Part shown: positions 27,477 through 35,963 of the stretch, piece after piece
Layout of the letters: the number at the start of each line of letters is the position of its first letter
Numbering within the stretch: position 1 is the stretch's first letter
Assembly: GCA_965215185.1 (NCBI GenBank)
Contig: OZ244034.1
Location: 1,024,001-1,088,000 of the forward strand
From: Acidimicrobiia bacterium
Lineage (GTDB): Bacteria > Actinomycetota > Acidimicrobiia > Spongiisociales > ZC4RG35
Direction of reading: 5' to 3'
Length of the DNA stretch: 64,000 bases
Program-made: the position numbers and the translations under genes
Notes under the pieces: generated by a model
The model's input: the letters and a program-made list of their open reading frames with translations, nothing else
Databases searched by the model: none
What the model was told of the DNA's origin: nothing

Positions 27477-28604
27477 TTGCTACCGGTGATCGACTTCGCG
27501 GTTATCGGCGGCGGTATCGCCGGTGTCTCAGCCGCTGCTCACCTGGCGCCACACGGGTCGGTCACTCTCCTGGAGATGGAGGACGCGCTGAGCTATCACT
27601 CAACCGGACGCTCCGCCGCGATGTTCCGCGTCAATTACCAGGACCCCGGTTCCAGAGCATTGGCCCGGGCGAGTCGACATTTTTTGGAGAACCCACCGGC
27701 GGGTTCAACAGACGCTCCTCTTCTGACCGATAGGGGATTGCTGTGGGTGGCGGACGAGAGCCAGAGGCTCGATCTTGAGAGAATCGGACAGGGAGGAGAA
27801 GGTGCGTTAACTGCCGGGCTGATCCTTGTCTCGGCCGAAGAAGTGATGGACATGGTGCCGAAGATGAGGCACGACCGAATAGCGGGAGGTCTCCACGAGC
27901 CAACGGCTCGTGATCTGGATGTGGCGGGTCTCCACCAGGCCTTCGTACGGATCGCCCGCCAGCATGAAGTTGAGATCCGGAGACGGGCGCCGGTCACCGC
28001 CATCGATCGCACACCGGGAGGCTGGATGGTGTCAGGCGACGGATGGCGCATGCGATGCGGAGCGGTCATCAACGCCGCGGGAGCGTGGGGAGATCATGTG
28101 GCAGTCATGGCAGGAGTTGAGCCGATCGGCCTCCAGTCATTTCGCCGGACCGTTTTCATGGTCCCTGGTAGGTCGGACTACGCTAGGTGGCCGATGGTGG
28201 TGGACGCCGACCGACGCTTCTACTTCAAGCCCGACGGCGTCCAACTACTCTGTTCACTCGCCGAGGAGGAGTTCTCCGTTCCCATGGACCCGCGGCCACG
28301 AACACAGGACGTGGCCCTTGCCATCGACCTTATCAACGAAGCCACGACTCTGGGCATTCGCTCGGTCAACTCCGAGTGGACAGGTCTTCGCACTTTCGCT
28401 CCCGACCGCGAGCTTGTTGTTGGCGAGGATCCGGCGGCGCCCGGCTTCTTTTGGCTGGTCGGTCAGGGGGGCACTGGCATCCGGACCTCACCAGCATATG
28501 GGGGTTTACTATCAAGCCAGGTACTGGGCGCCGGGTTGTCCGACGAACTGCTGGGGGCCGGCGTTGACCCGCGCACCACCCACCCGGAGCGCTTTCGCAG
28601 ATGA
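27477..28604 (+). CDS. FAD-dependent oxidoreductase, D-amino-acid oxidase family
   Basis: GGGIAG, HSTGRSAA, NAAGAW, WTGLRTF, GQGGTGIRTSPA. Confidence 0.88.
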   Translation: MLPVIDFAVIGGGIAGVSAAAHLAPHGSVTLLEMEDALSYHSTGRSAAMFRVNYQDPGSRALARASRHFLENPPAGSTDAPLLTDRGLLWVADESQRLDLERIGQGGEGALTAGLILVSAEEVMDMVPKMRHDRIAGGLHEPTARDLDVAGLHQAFVRIARQHEVEIRRRAPVTAIDRTPGGWMVSGDGWRMRCGAVINAAGAWGDHVAVMAGVEPIGLQSFRRTVFMVPGRSDYARWPMVVDADRRFYFKPDGVQLLCSLAEEEFSVPMDPRPRTQDVALAIDLINEATTLGIRSVNSEWTGLRTFAPDRELVVGEDPAAPGFFWLVGQGGTGIRTSPAYGGLLSSQVLGAGLSDELLGAGVDPRTTHPERFRR

Positions 28605-28935
28605 ACAGATGGGAGACGCGTGCCACAGACCCGATCCGTACATGTGGGACACTGGTCGGTCTGCCCCACCGCAAAGGTGTTGATGGTGAGCGAAGTTGGC
28701 GACCACTCCGATAGCATGGGATTGCCGTTCCTGCAATATGATCTGGAAAAACACTCGGGATACCTCATACAGAACCTGCTCCTCTTTGCGAACTCCTGCG
28801 TCGCCCCACCAACTTGCGTTCGCCGGTTTTGACGATGAATGCAGCCCTGGGAGCGGCCGATCCCATCCCCACGAAGACGGATAGGGGGGACGTATCTCCG
28901 GCCTGAACCTCGACACCCTCTCTACGCCGTTTGCC

Positions 28936-29985
28936 ATGGTGACGATCGATACCGTCGAGGCGAACATAGCTGCCATGCACAGACGGCTGGAAGAAGGTCA
29001 AATCAGCCTTCGCCCGCACATCAAGGTGCATCGCATCCCTGAGCTTGGTCGGATGCAGGCTTCGGCGCGTGCCATGGGTATCGCCTGCCAAACCCTTGAT
29101 GAAGTAGAGACCATGGTCGGAGCAGGTTTTGGCGAGATTCTGCTTACCAACTCGCTCGTGGACCGCAAGAAGCTGAGCCGTTTTGTGGGACTGATGTCTC
29201 AGGCGACTTTGGCGATCACCGCAGATTCAGACGAAGCCATCCAAGAATTATCCGCGGTTGCCAGAATCACAGGCCAGAAGGTCTCTGTGTACGTCGAGTG
29301 CGACATCGGGGGCGCTCGCACAGGTTTCGCTGACCCGAGCCTGGCCGCCGCGCTTGCTATCAACATCGCGCAATCGCCGACCCTCAAGTTCGCCGGGCTT
29401 GCCGGTTACCTGGGTGGCAATCCGAATTGCTCCGATATTGACAGCAGCGAGGCGATGCTTGCAGAAGTCGTGTCCCAACTCTCCCGCGCCGGAATCGCTG
29501 TCCCTGCGGTGAGCGTCGGAGGAACGGTGTTTACGATGCGCGCCTGGCCGAACTGTCCGCCGAACACTGTCACGGAAGCCCGACCCGGCAACTACTCGTT
29601 CTACGACGCCACCAAAGTTGAGTACGGACTGGTGACCTATGAAGATTGTGCATTGCGCGTTGTAAGCACCGTTGTTAGTCGGCCGAACCCTACCCGCGCG
29701 GTGCTCGACGCTGGATGGAGGATCCTTTCGAACAACGAGATTCCTAACCAGTCCACCTACGGGCACATCTTGGAGTACCCGCAAGCCCGAGTCATGCGCC
29801 TCTACACGGAGCACGCAGTGGTCGAGCTCCCAGACGGTGGTGAGCAGCCTCGCATTGGAGACCTTGTCACCATAGTCCCGAACTCCTGCGACGGGGTCCT
29901 TGCTTCAGCCAACACGCTGTATGGAATCCGGGGCGATCAAATCGAACAGGCGTGGCGCCTACGTGAGCAGGCGGTTCTGAAATGA
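28936..29985 (+). CDS. fold-type III PLP enzyme (D-threonine aldolase / D-serine dehydratase family)
   Basis: RPHIK, VECDIGGARTG, EARPGNYSFYD, CALRVVSTVVS, LDAG, EH; true start may be upstream (~28903). Confidence 0.85.
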   Translation: MVTIDTVEANIAAMHRRLEEGQISLRPHIKVHRIPELGRMQASARAMGIACQTLDEVETMVGAGFGEILLTNSLVDRKKLSRFVGLMSQATLAITADSDEAIQELSAVARITGQKVSVYVECDIGGARTGFADPSLAAALAINIAQSPTLKFAGLAGYLGGNPNCSDIDSSEAMLAEVVSQLSRAGIAVPAVSVGGTVFTMRAWPNCPPNTVTEARPGNYSFYDATKVEYGLVTYEDCALRVVSTVVSRPNPTRAVLDAGWRILSNNEIPNQSTYGHILEYPQARVMRLYTEHAVVELPDGGEQPRIGDLVTIVPNSCDGVLASANTLYGIRGDQIEQAWRLREQAVLK

Positions 29986-30537
29986 TTTCGCCGTACACGA
30001 ACGAGCACTTCCACTGAGTCCACGGTTTTGTTGCTCTTCATCGGATTTCATTCCATATCGGCCTAGCATTGTCCCCCAAATTCAAGGCAGCAGTCGGTTG
30101 GTCGATCCATCAATATGGGGCCACGGTGTGAAAGACCTTTCCTAAGGAGGCAACATCCACCCATAGTGGAAATCAGATAGCTGACGCCTTCTGCCACAAC
30201 CCCTGCACCAAGAAGTTGACCGGTGTGGCGCGCAGGTTCAATAAGGTTCAAAAATGAGGCACACGCGTCCATGTGTAACTCGACGGCACCGGGCCTGCAA
30301 TCATTCTGACCTGAGACGAGCAAGACATTGATCGCCGGACTTTACACGTGTGTTGGTGAGGGTATTGCTTAGAACACCGAGTGATAGACGCTAACGAAGT
30401 GTGTCGTTCAGCTACCACAGCGGCAAGCGTTCTATCTGAGAACAACCAAAGTAAAAAAACGACACGCAGGGCCTAAGTGGGTATTCTCTAAGCTGGTAAA
30501 TCCGCCTAGCGGAATTCGCTAACTGAAGGGAGTAAGA

Positions 30538-30648
30538 ATGGCAGGACACGACCCGCATGAATGTGACGGCCATGAGCATCATGGGGACGAGCCCGGGCAT
30601 ATGCACGACGACCACGAGTGTGACGGGCACGAACACCACGGACACTAG
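30538..30648 (+). CDS. 36-aa His/Cys/acidic repeat peptide, putative metal-binding (absent from ORF track)
   Basis: MAGHDPHECDGHEHHGDEPGHMHDDHECDGHEHHGH; SD GAAGGGAG; duplicated HECDGHEHHG differing only at synonymous sites; hairpin follows. Confidence 0.8.
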   Translation: MAGHDPHECDGHEHHGDEPGHMHDDHECDGHEHHGH

Positions 30649-30663
30649 CCCTATTTAAACCTA

Positions 30664-30700
30664 AGAGAGGACCCGCTGTCGAGAACAGGGGGTCCTCTCT
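30664..30700. terminator. probable bidirectional terminator
   Basis: AGAGAGGACCC...GGGTCCTCTCT 11-bp stem plus inner CTGT/ACAG, between convergent peptide and CDF genes. Confidence 0.7.
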
Positions 30701-30791
30701 ATTTAGCCGCTGTACGCGAAGACACCAGGTTCTTGCCTACTAGGAACGGTCAGGCAAGCCTGTTTTGGCGAGGTTGTGGAGTGGGTTTGGT

Positions 30792-31799
30792 TTAACCCAG
30801 AGGCTTGGAACGCGCAATCAGGTGCTCGACGTGATGGTCCTCAACACAACCTTCGAGTGTCTCCTCGATCTGTAGTGTCACGTGATCAATTTTGTATTTG
30901 TGATGGATAACTTCCGTCAGGTCACGTAACAGTCGCTCCCGGTCTCCCGTGTAGGACGGGTCAATCAAAATGTGGGCAGTGCAGGCCTCGAGACCCGAGG
31001 AAATGGTCCAGACATGGATATCGTGGATCAAGGTAACCCCTTCCACGTCTTCGATGTCACTGCAAAGCCGATAAACGTCTATGTGATCCGGTACTCCTTC
31101 CAGAAGTACCTTGAACACCTTGATGGTCAAGCGCCAAGAGCTGTGACCGACCAGCAGAGCAATCACCACGCTCAGGATGGGATCAACGATGGTCCATCCC
31201 AAAGTGACTATGAGGACACCGGAAATCACCAACCCAACCGACCCGAACAAGTCGGCCATAACATGTCGCAATGCTCCTTCGACATTCATGCTGTGCTTTG
31301 ATGAGCGGTGTAGCACCCAGGCGGCGGCCACATTTACCAACAGACCGAGGGTGCCGATCACTAGCATCAGGCCGCCTTCAATTTCGGGAACATCCTGGAT
31401 ACGGTGATACGCCTCGAACAGCACCCAGGCAGCTATCAACCAGAGGCTTAGAGCATTCAACATCGCTGCCAACACTTCGGCGCGGCGATATCCGAAGGTG
31501 CGTTCCGCAGAAGGGGGGCGTTCGGCCACATTCATGGCGAACAAAGCCAAAGCGAGTGACATCGCATCGGTGATCATGTGTCCCGCGTCCGACAACAATG
31601 CCAGGCTGCCGGACACCACCCCGCCGACTACCTCAGCCAGCATGAATCCCGTAATCAAGATCAGGGCGATGGTCAGGCTGCGTTTACTGGCTCCCCGCAG
31701 ATCATGTGAGTGATGATGACCGTGGTGGTCGTGGCTGGAGTGATTCTCGTGGTCGTGGTTCTCGTGGCTGGCGTGAGGATGAGAGTGTGGCTGTGTCAT
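30792..31799 (-). CDS. czcD: Zn/Co/Cd CDF exporter (CzcD/ZitB type) with His-rich N-terminus
   Basis: SLALLSDAGHMITD, RTFGYRRAEVLAA, NVEGALRHVMAD, HDIHVW, HVTLQIE; ATG 31799 preferred. Confidence 0.9.
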   Translation of the reverse strand: MTQPHSHPHASHENHDHENHSSHDHHGHHHSHDLRGASKRSLTIALILITGFMLAEVVGGVVSGSLALLSDAGHMITDAMSLALALFAMNVAERPPSAERTFGYRRAEVLAAMLNALSLWLIAAWVLFEAYHRIQDVPEIEGGLMLVIGTLGLLVNVAAAWVLHRSSKHSMNVEGALRHVMADLFGSVGLVISGVLIVTLGWTIVDPILSVVIALLVGHSSWRLTIKVFKVLLEGVPDHIDVYRLCSDIEDVEGVTLIHDIHVWTISSGLEACTAHILIDPSYTGDRERLLRDLTEVIHHKYKIDHVTLQIEETLEGCVEDHHVEHLIARSKPLG

Positions 31800-32198
31800 T
31801 TGTTGCGCATCATCGTAGCACTTGGCAACGCCGCGACAGGGTCTATCTGGCAACGCTCCGCCATGACTTCTGGCAGAAGATCGCATTTGCCTATTTGGGG
31901 CCACTTAACCTTTAAACAAGTGCGGGAGGTTATTTGATTAACAGGTGTTTCGGGAGGCTATTTGACAATGCCTATCAGTACAACCGCTGCCGAGGAGCGA
32001 TCATCGCAGCCGGGGCATCGTAGACGTCGATTTCTCCCTGGGCGGCACCACGGGGATGGGGTTGAGACCATCGAGGGCACGCTGGCCGATCTAACTGAGG
32101 TGGTTATCCGATCGTGCTGCTGACACAATGGTCAGTGTTTTCAATGAGCTTGCCCCAGAAGGCGACATGCTGTTGAAGGGTGGGTAGCTGTTCTGTAC

Positions 32199-32260
32199 AT
32201 GGGACAGGCGACTTCTCCCGGATAAATCCTGGTCGTTGATGATGCGGACGTGGTCCCCCA
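32199..32260 (+). pseudogene. response-regulator receiver N-terminal relic
   Basis: ATG..MGQATSPG*ILVVDDAD with in-frame TAA at 32223. Confidence 0.3.
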
Positions 32261-32654
32261 GCGAACCGGGCGGTGGCCCACGTCGCTCAAATGGCCAGGC
32301 GTTCAGATAGAGAATACATGCAGATCGGTCTTCTGAACGCCTTAGAACCTATTGTCGCCGGCGTCTGGAAACCCACCCCGTTTCCATGGCCTGTTTGGCG
32401 AAGCCGCCCATGATCCTTCGGGGAAGCTCCAGGGTGCCCCGGAACAGCGCTCCACCCACCATCACAACCAAACGAGGGTCACCTCAAAGCTCAAGGCCCA
32501 GGCACCGCGTCAGGTTGCACAGAGGGCGCAACGGCAAGTACCCTAAACGCCACATAAAGCCTCCGCATTCCCTGGCGGTGCCGGTTGTTATCATCAACGA
32601 CGGAGGCCGTCTTCTCGCCAGGGCGGTCCACCCAATTAGAAAGGAAGAACATTC

Positions 32655-32990
32655 ATGGACGTTACCAGCCAGCGCACAGATGCGGCGTTGATTGTTTCGG
32701 CCGAGGGTCGAGTCGATGGCGCCAATGCCCGCAAATTCCAAAAGGCTGTGGAGAATGTCATCAACGATGGCGACCGCGCCGTAGTCCTGGATATGGCAGG
32801 CCTGAACTACATCAGCAGCGCCGGCCTCCGCTCGATACTGCTCATCGCCAAGGGGCTTCAAAAGCGGAACTCTCAGTTCGCGGTGTGCTCGCTGCAGGAT
32901 CCCATCCGTGAGGTCTTCCGGATCGTCGGTTTCGACAAGATCGTGTCAATCTACGATTCGCAAGGTGAGGCAATCGACTCCCTCAGCTGA
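32655..32990 (+). CDS. STAS-domain anti-sigma-factor antagonist (RsbV/SpoIIAA-like)
   Basis: VVLDMAGLNYISSAGLR phosphoacceptor motif. Confidence 0.92.
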   Translation: MDVTSQRTDAALIVSAEGRVDGANARKFQKAVENVINDGDRAVVLDMAGLNYISSAGLRSILLIAKGLQKRNSQFAVCSLQDPIREVFRIVGFDKIVSIYDSQGEAIDSLS

Positions 32991-33013
32991 CAGTCAACAC
33001 AGGCGGCAAGACA

Positions 33014-34174
33014 GTGAACCGTCCACACAAGATCCTGGTTGTAGATGACGAGCCGGATCTTGAGCCGCTCATGCTCCAACGTATGCGCCGCCATATTCGA
33101 AAGGGCCTGTACACCTTTGTCTTCGCCCGCAATGGTGTGGAGGCTCTTGAAAAACTGAACGCGGATAAAGACATCGACATGGTGCTCTCCGATATCAACA
33201 TGCCTCAGATGGACGGGCTAACCCTGCTTGAACAGATCCCCAAGGTTGCCCCCAACATTCGAGCAGTGATTATCTCCGCATACGGAGATATGAAGAATAT
33301 CCGCACGGCTATGAACCGCGGCGCCTTTGACTTCATCACCAAACCCGTGGACTTCAAGGATCTGCAGATCACCATCGAAAGAACCCTGACGCACATGAAG
33401 GAATGGCGAAAGGCCCTTTCCTACCGGGACAAACTGGTTTCCATACAAAACGAGCTGGAGGTCGCCAGCCGCATTCAGCAATCCATTCTGCCGTCGGAAT
33501 TTCCCGAGGATCCCCGTTTTCAGGTGTTCGGCAACATGGAGCCGGCTCGGGATGTCGGGGGCGATTTCTTCGATATTCTGGACATTGACGGAGATCGCCT
33601 CGGCTTGGCCATTGCCGACGTCTCCGACAAAGGCGTACCAGCCGCGCTCTTCATGATGTCCTGTCGCACACTCTTGAAAGGGGTTGCCATCGGCCTGTCC
33701 GAACCGGGACCGGTCCTAAAAGAGGTCAACGAAATATTGCACAACGACAATGAGACGTTCCTGTTCGTCACCGTACTCTACGCCGTGTATGACCCTTCCA
33801 ACGGGCTTTTCACCTACGCAAGCGGCGGGCATGACGCGCCTCTGTTGGTCCGCGCCGACGGGACCGCCAGCCTCCTACCTCTTACCGGCGGCATAGCTTT
33901 GGGAGTGGTGCCTTCTTGGGAATTCGAACAGAAGACCATCGTACTTGAGCCGGGGGACACCCTTGTTCTCTACACAGACGGGGTTACAGAGGCTCAAAAC
34001 ACCAGTGATCAAGCTTTTGAAGTTGCGGGACTACATAAAATTTTCTCGGGAACCCTTGCCTCCCTTAATGCCAAAGAAGCGACTAACACCGTATTTGAAA
34101 CTGTTAGGACCTTTATGGGAGAGGCTCCCCAGTTTGACGACATCACTTGCCTGACCCTTCATCGAGACAAATAG
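33014..34174 (+). CDS. response regulator fused to PP2C/SpoIIE phosphatase (RsbU-like)
   Basis: ILVVDDE, SDINMP, KP; VGGDFFD, ADVSDKG, LYTDGVTEA, DDIT. Confidence 0.93.
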   Translation: MNRPHKILVVDDEPDLEPLMLQRMRRHIRKGLYTFVFARNGVEALEKLNADKDIDMVLSDINMPQMDGLTLLEQIPKVAPNIRAVIISAYGDMKNIRTAMNRGAFDFITKPVDFKDLQITIERTLTHMKEWRKALSYRDKLVSIQNELEVASRIQQSILPSEFPEDPRFQVFGNMEPARDVGGDFFDILDIDGDRLGLAIADVSDKGVPAALFMMSCRTLLKGVAIGLSEPGPVLKEVNEILHNDNETFLFVTVLYAVYDPSNGLFTYASGGHDAPLLVRADGTASLLPLTGGIALGVVPSWEFEQKTIVLEPGDTLVLYTDGVTEAQNTSDQAFEVAGLHKIFSGTLASLNAKEATNTVFETVRTFMGEAPQFDDITCLTLHRDK

Positions 34175-34184
34175 GCGGGCCGTT

Positions 34185-34601
34185 TTGAAGATATCCAAAA
34201 TAATCAGGATGAACCCCGACACCGCGGCACTCGAGACGGTGTTCGCTGAGGTGGAAGGGTTTGCGATGGAGGCTGAATGGCCTGCCGACGCAGTTTTCCA
34301 GGTGAAACTGATTCTGGAGGAATTAGTTGTCAATGTTATCAACTACGGGGCTCCCGGTGGTACCACTCCCATCGACATCAAGCTACAGTCTGATGGAGAA
34401 ACCATAACCATCGAGATACAAGATGTTGGCCAGCCTTTTGATCCATTGAGAGATGCTCCCTCTCCTGACCTTTCGCTCGGGCTGGAAGAGCGGCCGATAG
34501 GTGGTCTAGGCCTTTACCTGGTACGTACCATGGTGGATGAGATGCACTACCGGTGGGAGGGCGGCTTTAATCACCTTACGTTGATCACCCGCAGAACTTG
34601 A
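34185..34601 (+). CDS. anti-sigma factor / Ser kinase (RsbW-like HATPase)
   Basis: EELVVNVINYG, IQDVGQPFDP, GGLGLYLV. Confidence 0.9.
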   Translation: MKISKIIRMNPDTAALETVFAEVEGFAMEAEWPADAVFQVKLILEELVVNVINYGAPGGTTPIDIKLQSDGETITIEIQDVGQPFDPLRDAPSPDLSLGLEERPIGGLGLYLVRTMVDEMHYRWEGGFNHLTLITRRT

Positions 34602-35959
34602 TAGGAGAGGTTCGTCTGCCCAAAGACCGAACGTCGGCGCTGAGACTGGGAGTGACAATAGCACTTGTGGCTACGTTGTTTCTGGTTGCCTGCTCAACGT
34701 CGGAACCCGCTGATTTGGCCCCGGCGCCTCCGGCTTCCGATCCCTTGGTTCTAGCCGACATCGAGGAACAAATTGAACTGCTTTTCTCCGACGGTTCGTC
34801 CACTACCACCACTTCAGCTGAAACTCTCAGTACAGACCCCCCAGACCCTGTCGTAGAACAAGGGACACCGGGGGTGACCGCGGACCGAATTCTTTTCGGC
34901 CAGTCTGCAGCCTTTTCAGGACCCGCCGAAGCACTGGGCATCAATATGCGGTATGGAATTGAAGCAGCCTTTGCGGAAGTGAACGATCGGGGTGGTGTCT
35001 ACGGCCGACGACTGGATTTGGTCTCCTTCGACGACGCCTACGAACCCGAAGAGGCCATTGTCAACTCGCAGCGCCTGATTCAGGATGAGCAGGTGTTTGC
35101 GCTGATCGGGGCGGTCGGCACTCCGACTTCACGGTCTGCCACTCCTGTTGCCGCAGAATCCGGAGTTCCATACATCGCGCCTTTCACTGGTGCAGCTTTC
35201 CTGCGAGGGGAGGAGTTGCATGGAACAGTGGTGAACCTACGCGCCTCCTATAACCAGGAGACCGAGGAAATGGTCAAAGGACTGATCGAAGATTTGGGCA
35301 TCACCCAGATTGCCGTACTGTTCCAAGACGATTCCTTCGGCAGGGCCGGATACAACGGAATCCTGGCCGCTCTGAATCGTCGCGGCATGGAACCGGCGGC
35401 AGTAGGTTCCTACACCCGCAATACCACCGCCGTCAAAACCGCCATGTTGGACATCCAGGTCAGCGATCCGGACGCTGTAATCATCATTGGCGCCTACGAA
35501 CCAGCCGCAAGCATGATCTCCTGGTCAAGGTTCACCAACTTCAATCCTGTCTTCATCAACATTTCGTTCGTCGGAAGCAATGCTCTGGCTCAAGAACTCG
35601 GCGCATATGGCTTCGGTGTTTACGTGACTCAAGTAGTTCCGTTTCCAACCGATGACAGCATCCCCGTAGTGGCTGATTATCTCGCTGCATTAAATACTTA
35701 CGTCCCTACGGCGACTCCCGGATTTGTTTCGCTGGAAGGGTATTTAGCTGGACGTCTGGCCGTTGCCGCCCTGGAACGATGCGGACCGGAAGTCAGCCGG
35801 GAGTGCCTTACTGAACGCCTTCGCCAAGAGGGCACCTTTGATCTGGGTGGGTTCCAACTCAGCTACGGGGAAAGCGACAATCAGGGTTCAGACTCAGTGT
35901 TTTGGACAGTTCTTCGCGCCGATGGACGTTATTACCCCATAGAGAGAGTGGGACAATGA
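34598..35959 (+). CDS. branched-chain-amino-acid-type (PBP1) substrate-binding lipoprotein without ABC partners
   Basis: Lipobox LVAC, GQSAAFSGPA, DDAYEP, GAVGTPT, NLRASY. Confidence 0.85.
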   Translation: MIGEVRLPKDRTSALRLGVTIALVATLFLVACSTSEPADLAPAPPASDPLVLADIEEQIELLFSDGSSTTTTSAETLSTDPPDPVVEQGTPGVTADRILFGQSAAFSGPAEALGINMRYGIEAAFAEVNDRGGVYGRRLDLVSFDDAYEPEEAIVNSQRLIQDEQVFALIGAVGTPTSRSATPVAAESGVPYIAPFTGAAFLRGEELHGTVVNLRASYNQETEEMVKGLIEDLGITQIAVLFQDDSFGRAGYNGILAALNRRGMEPAAVGSYTRNTTAVKTAMLDIQVSDPDAVIIIGAYEPAASMISWSRFTNFNPVFINISFVGSNALAQELGAYGFGVYVTQVVPFPTDDSIPVVADYLAALNTYVPTATPGFVSLEGYLAGRLAVAALERCGPEVSRECLTERLRQEGTFDLGGFQLSYGESDNQGSDSVFWTVLRADGRYYPIERVGQ

Positions 35960-35963
35960 GGCG

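Noticed and set aside
30412-30645. 77-aa hydrophobic minus-strand ORF
   Set aside because: Antisense shadow of the His-rich peptide; SD, terminator and synonymous pattern favour the + strand
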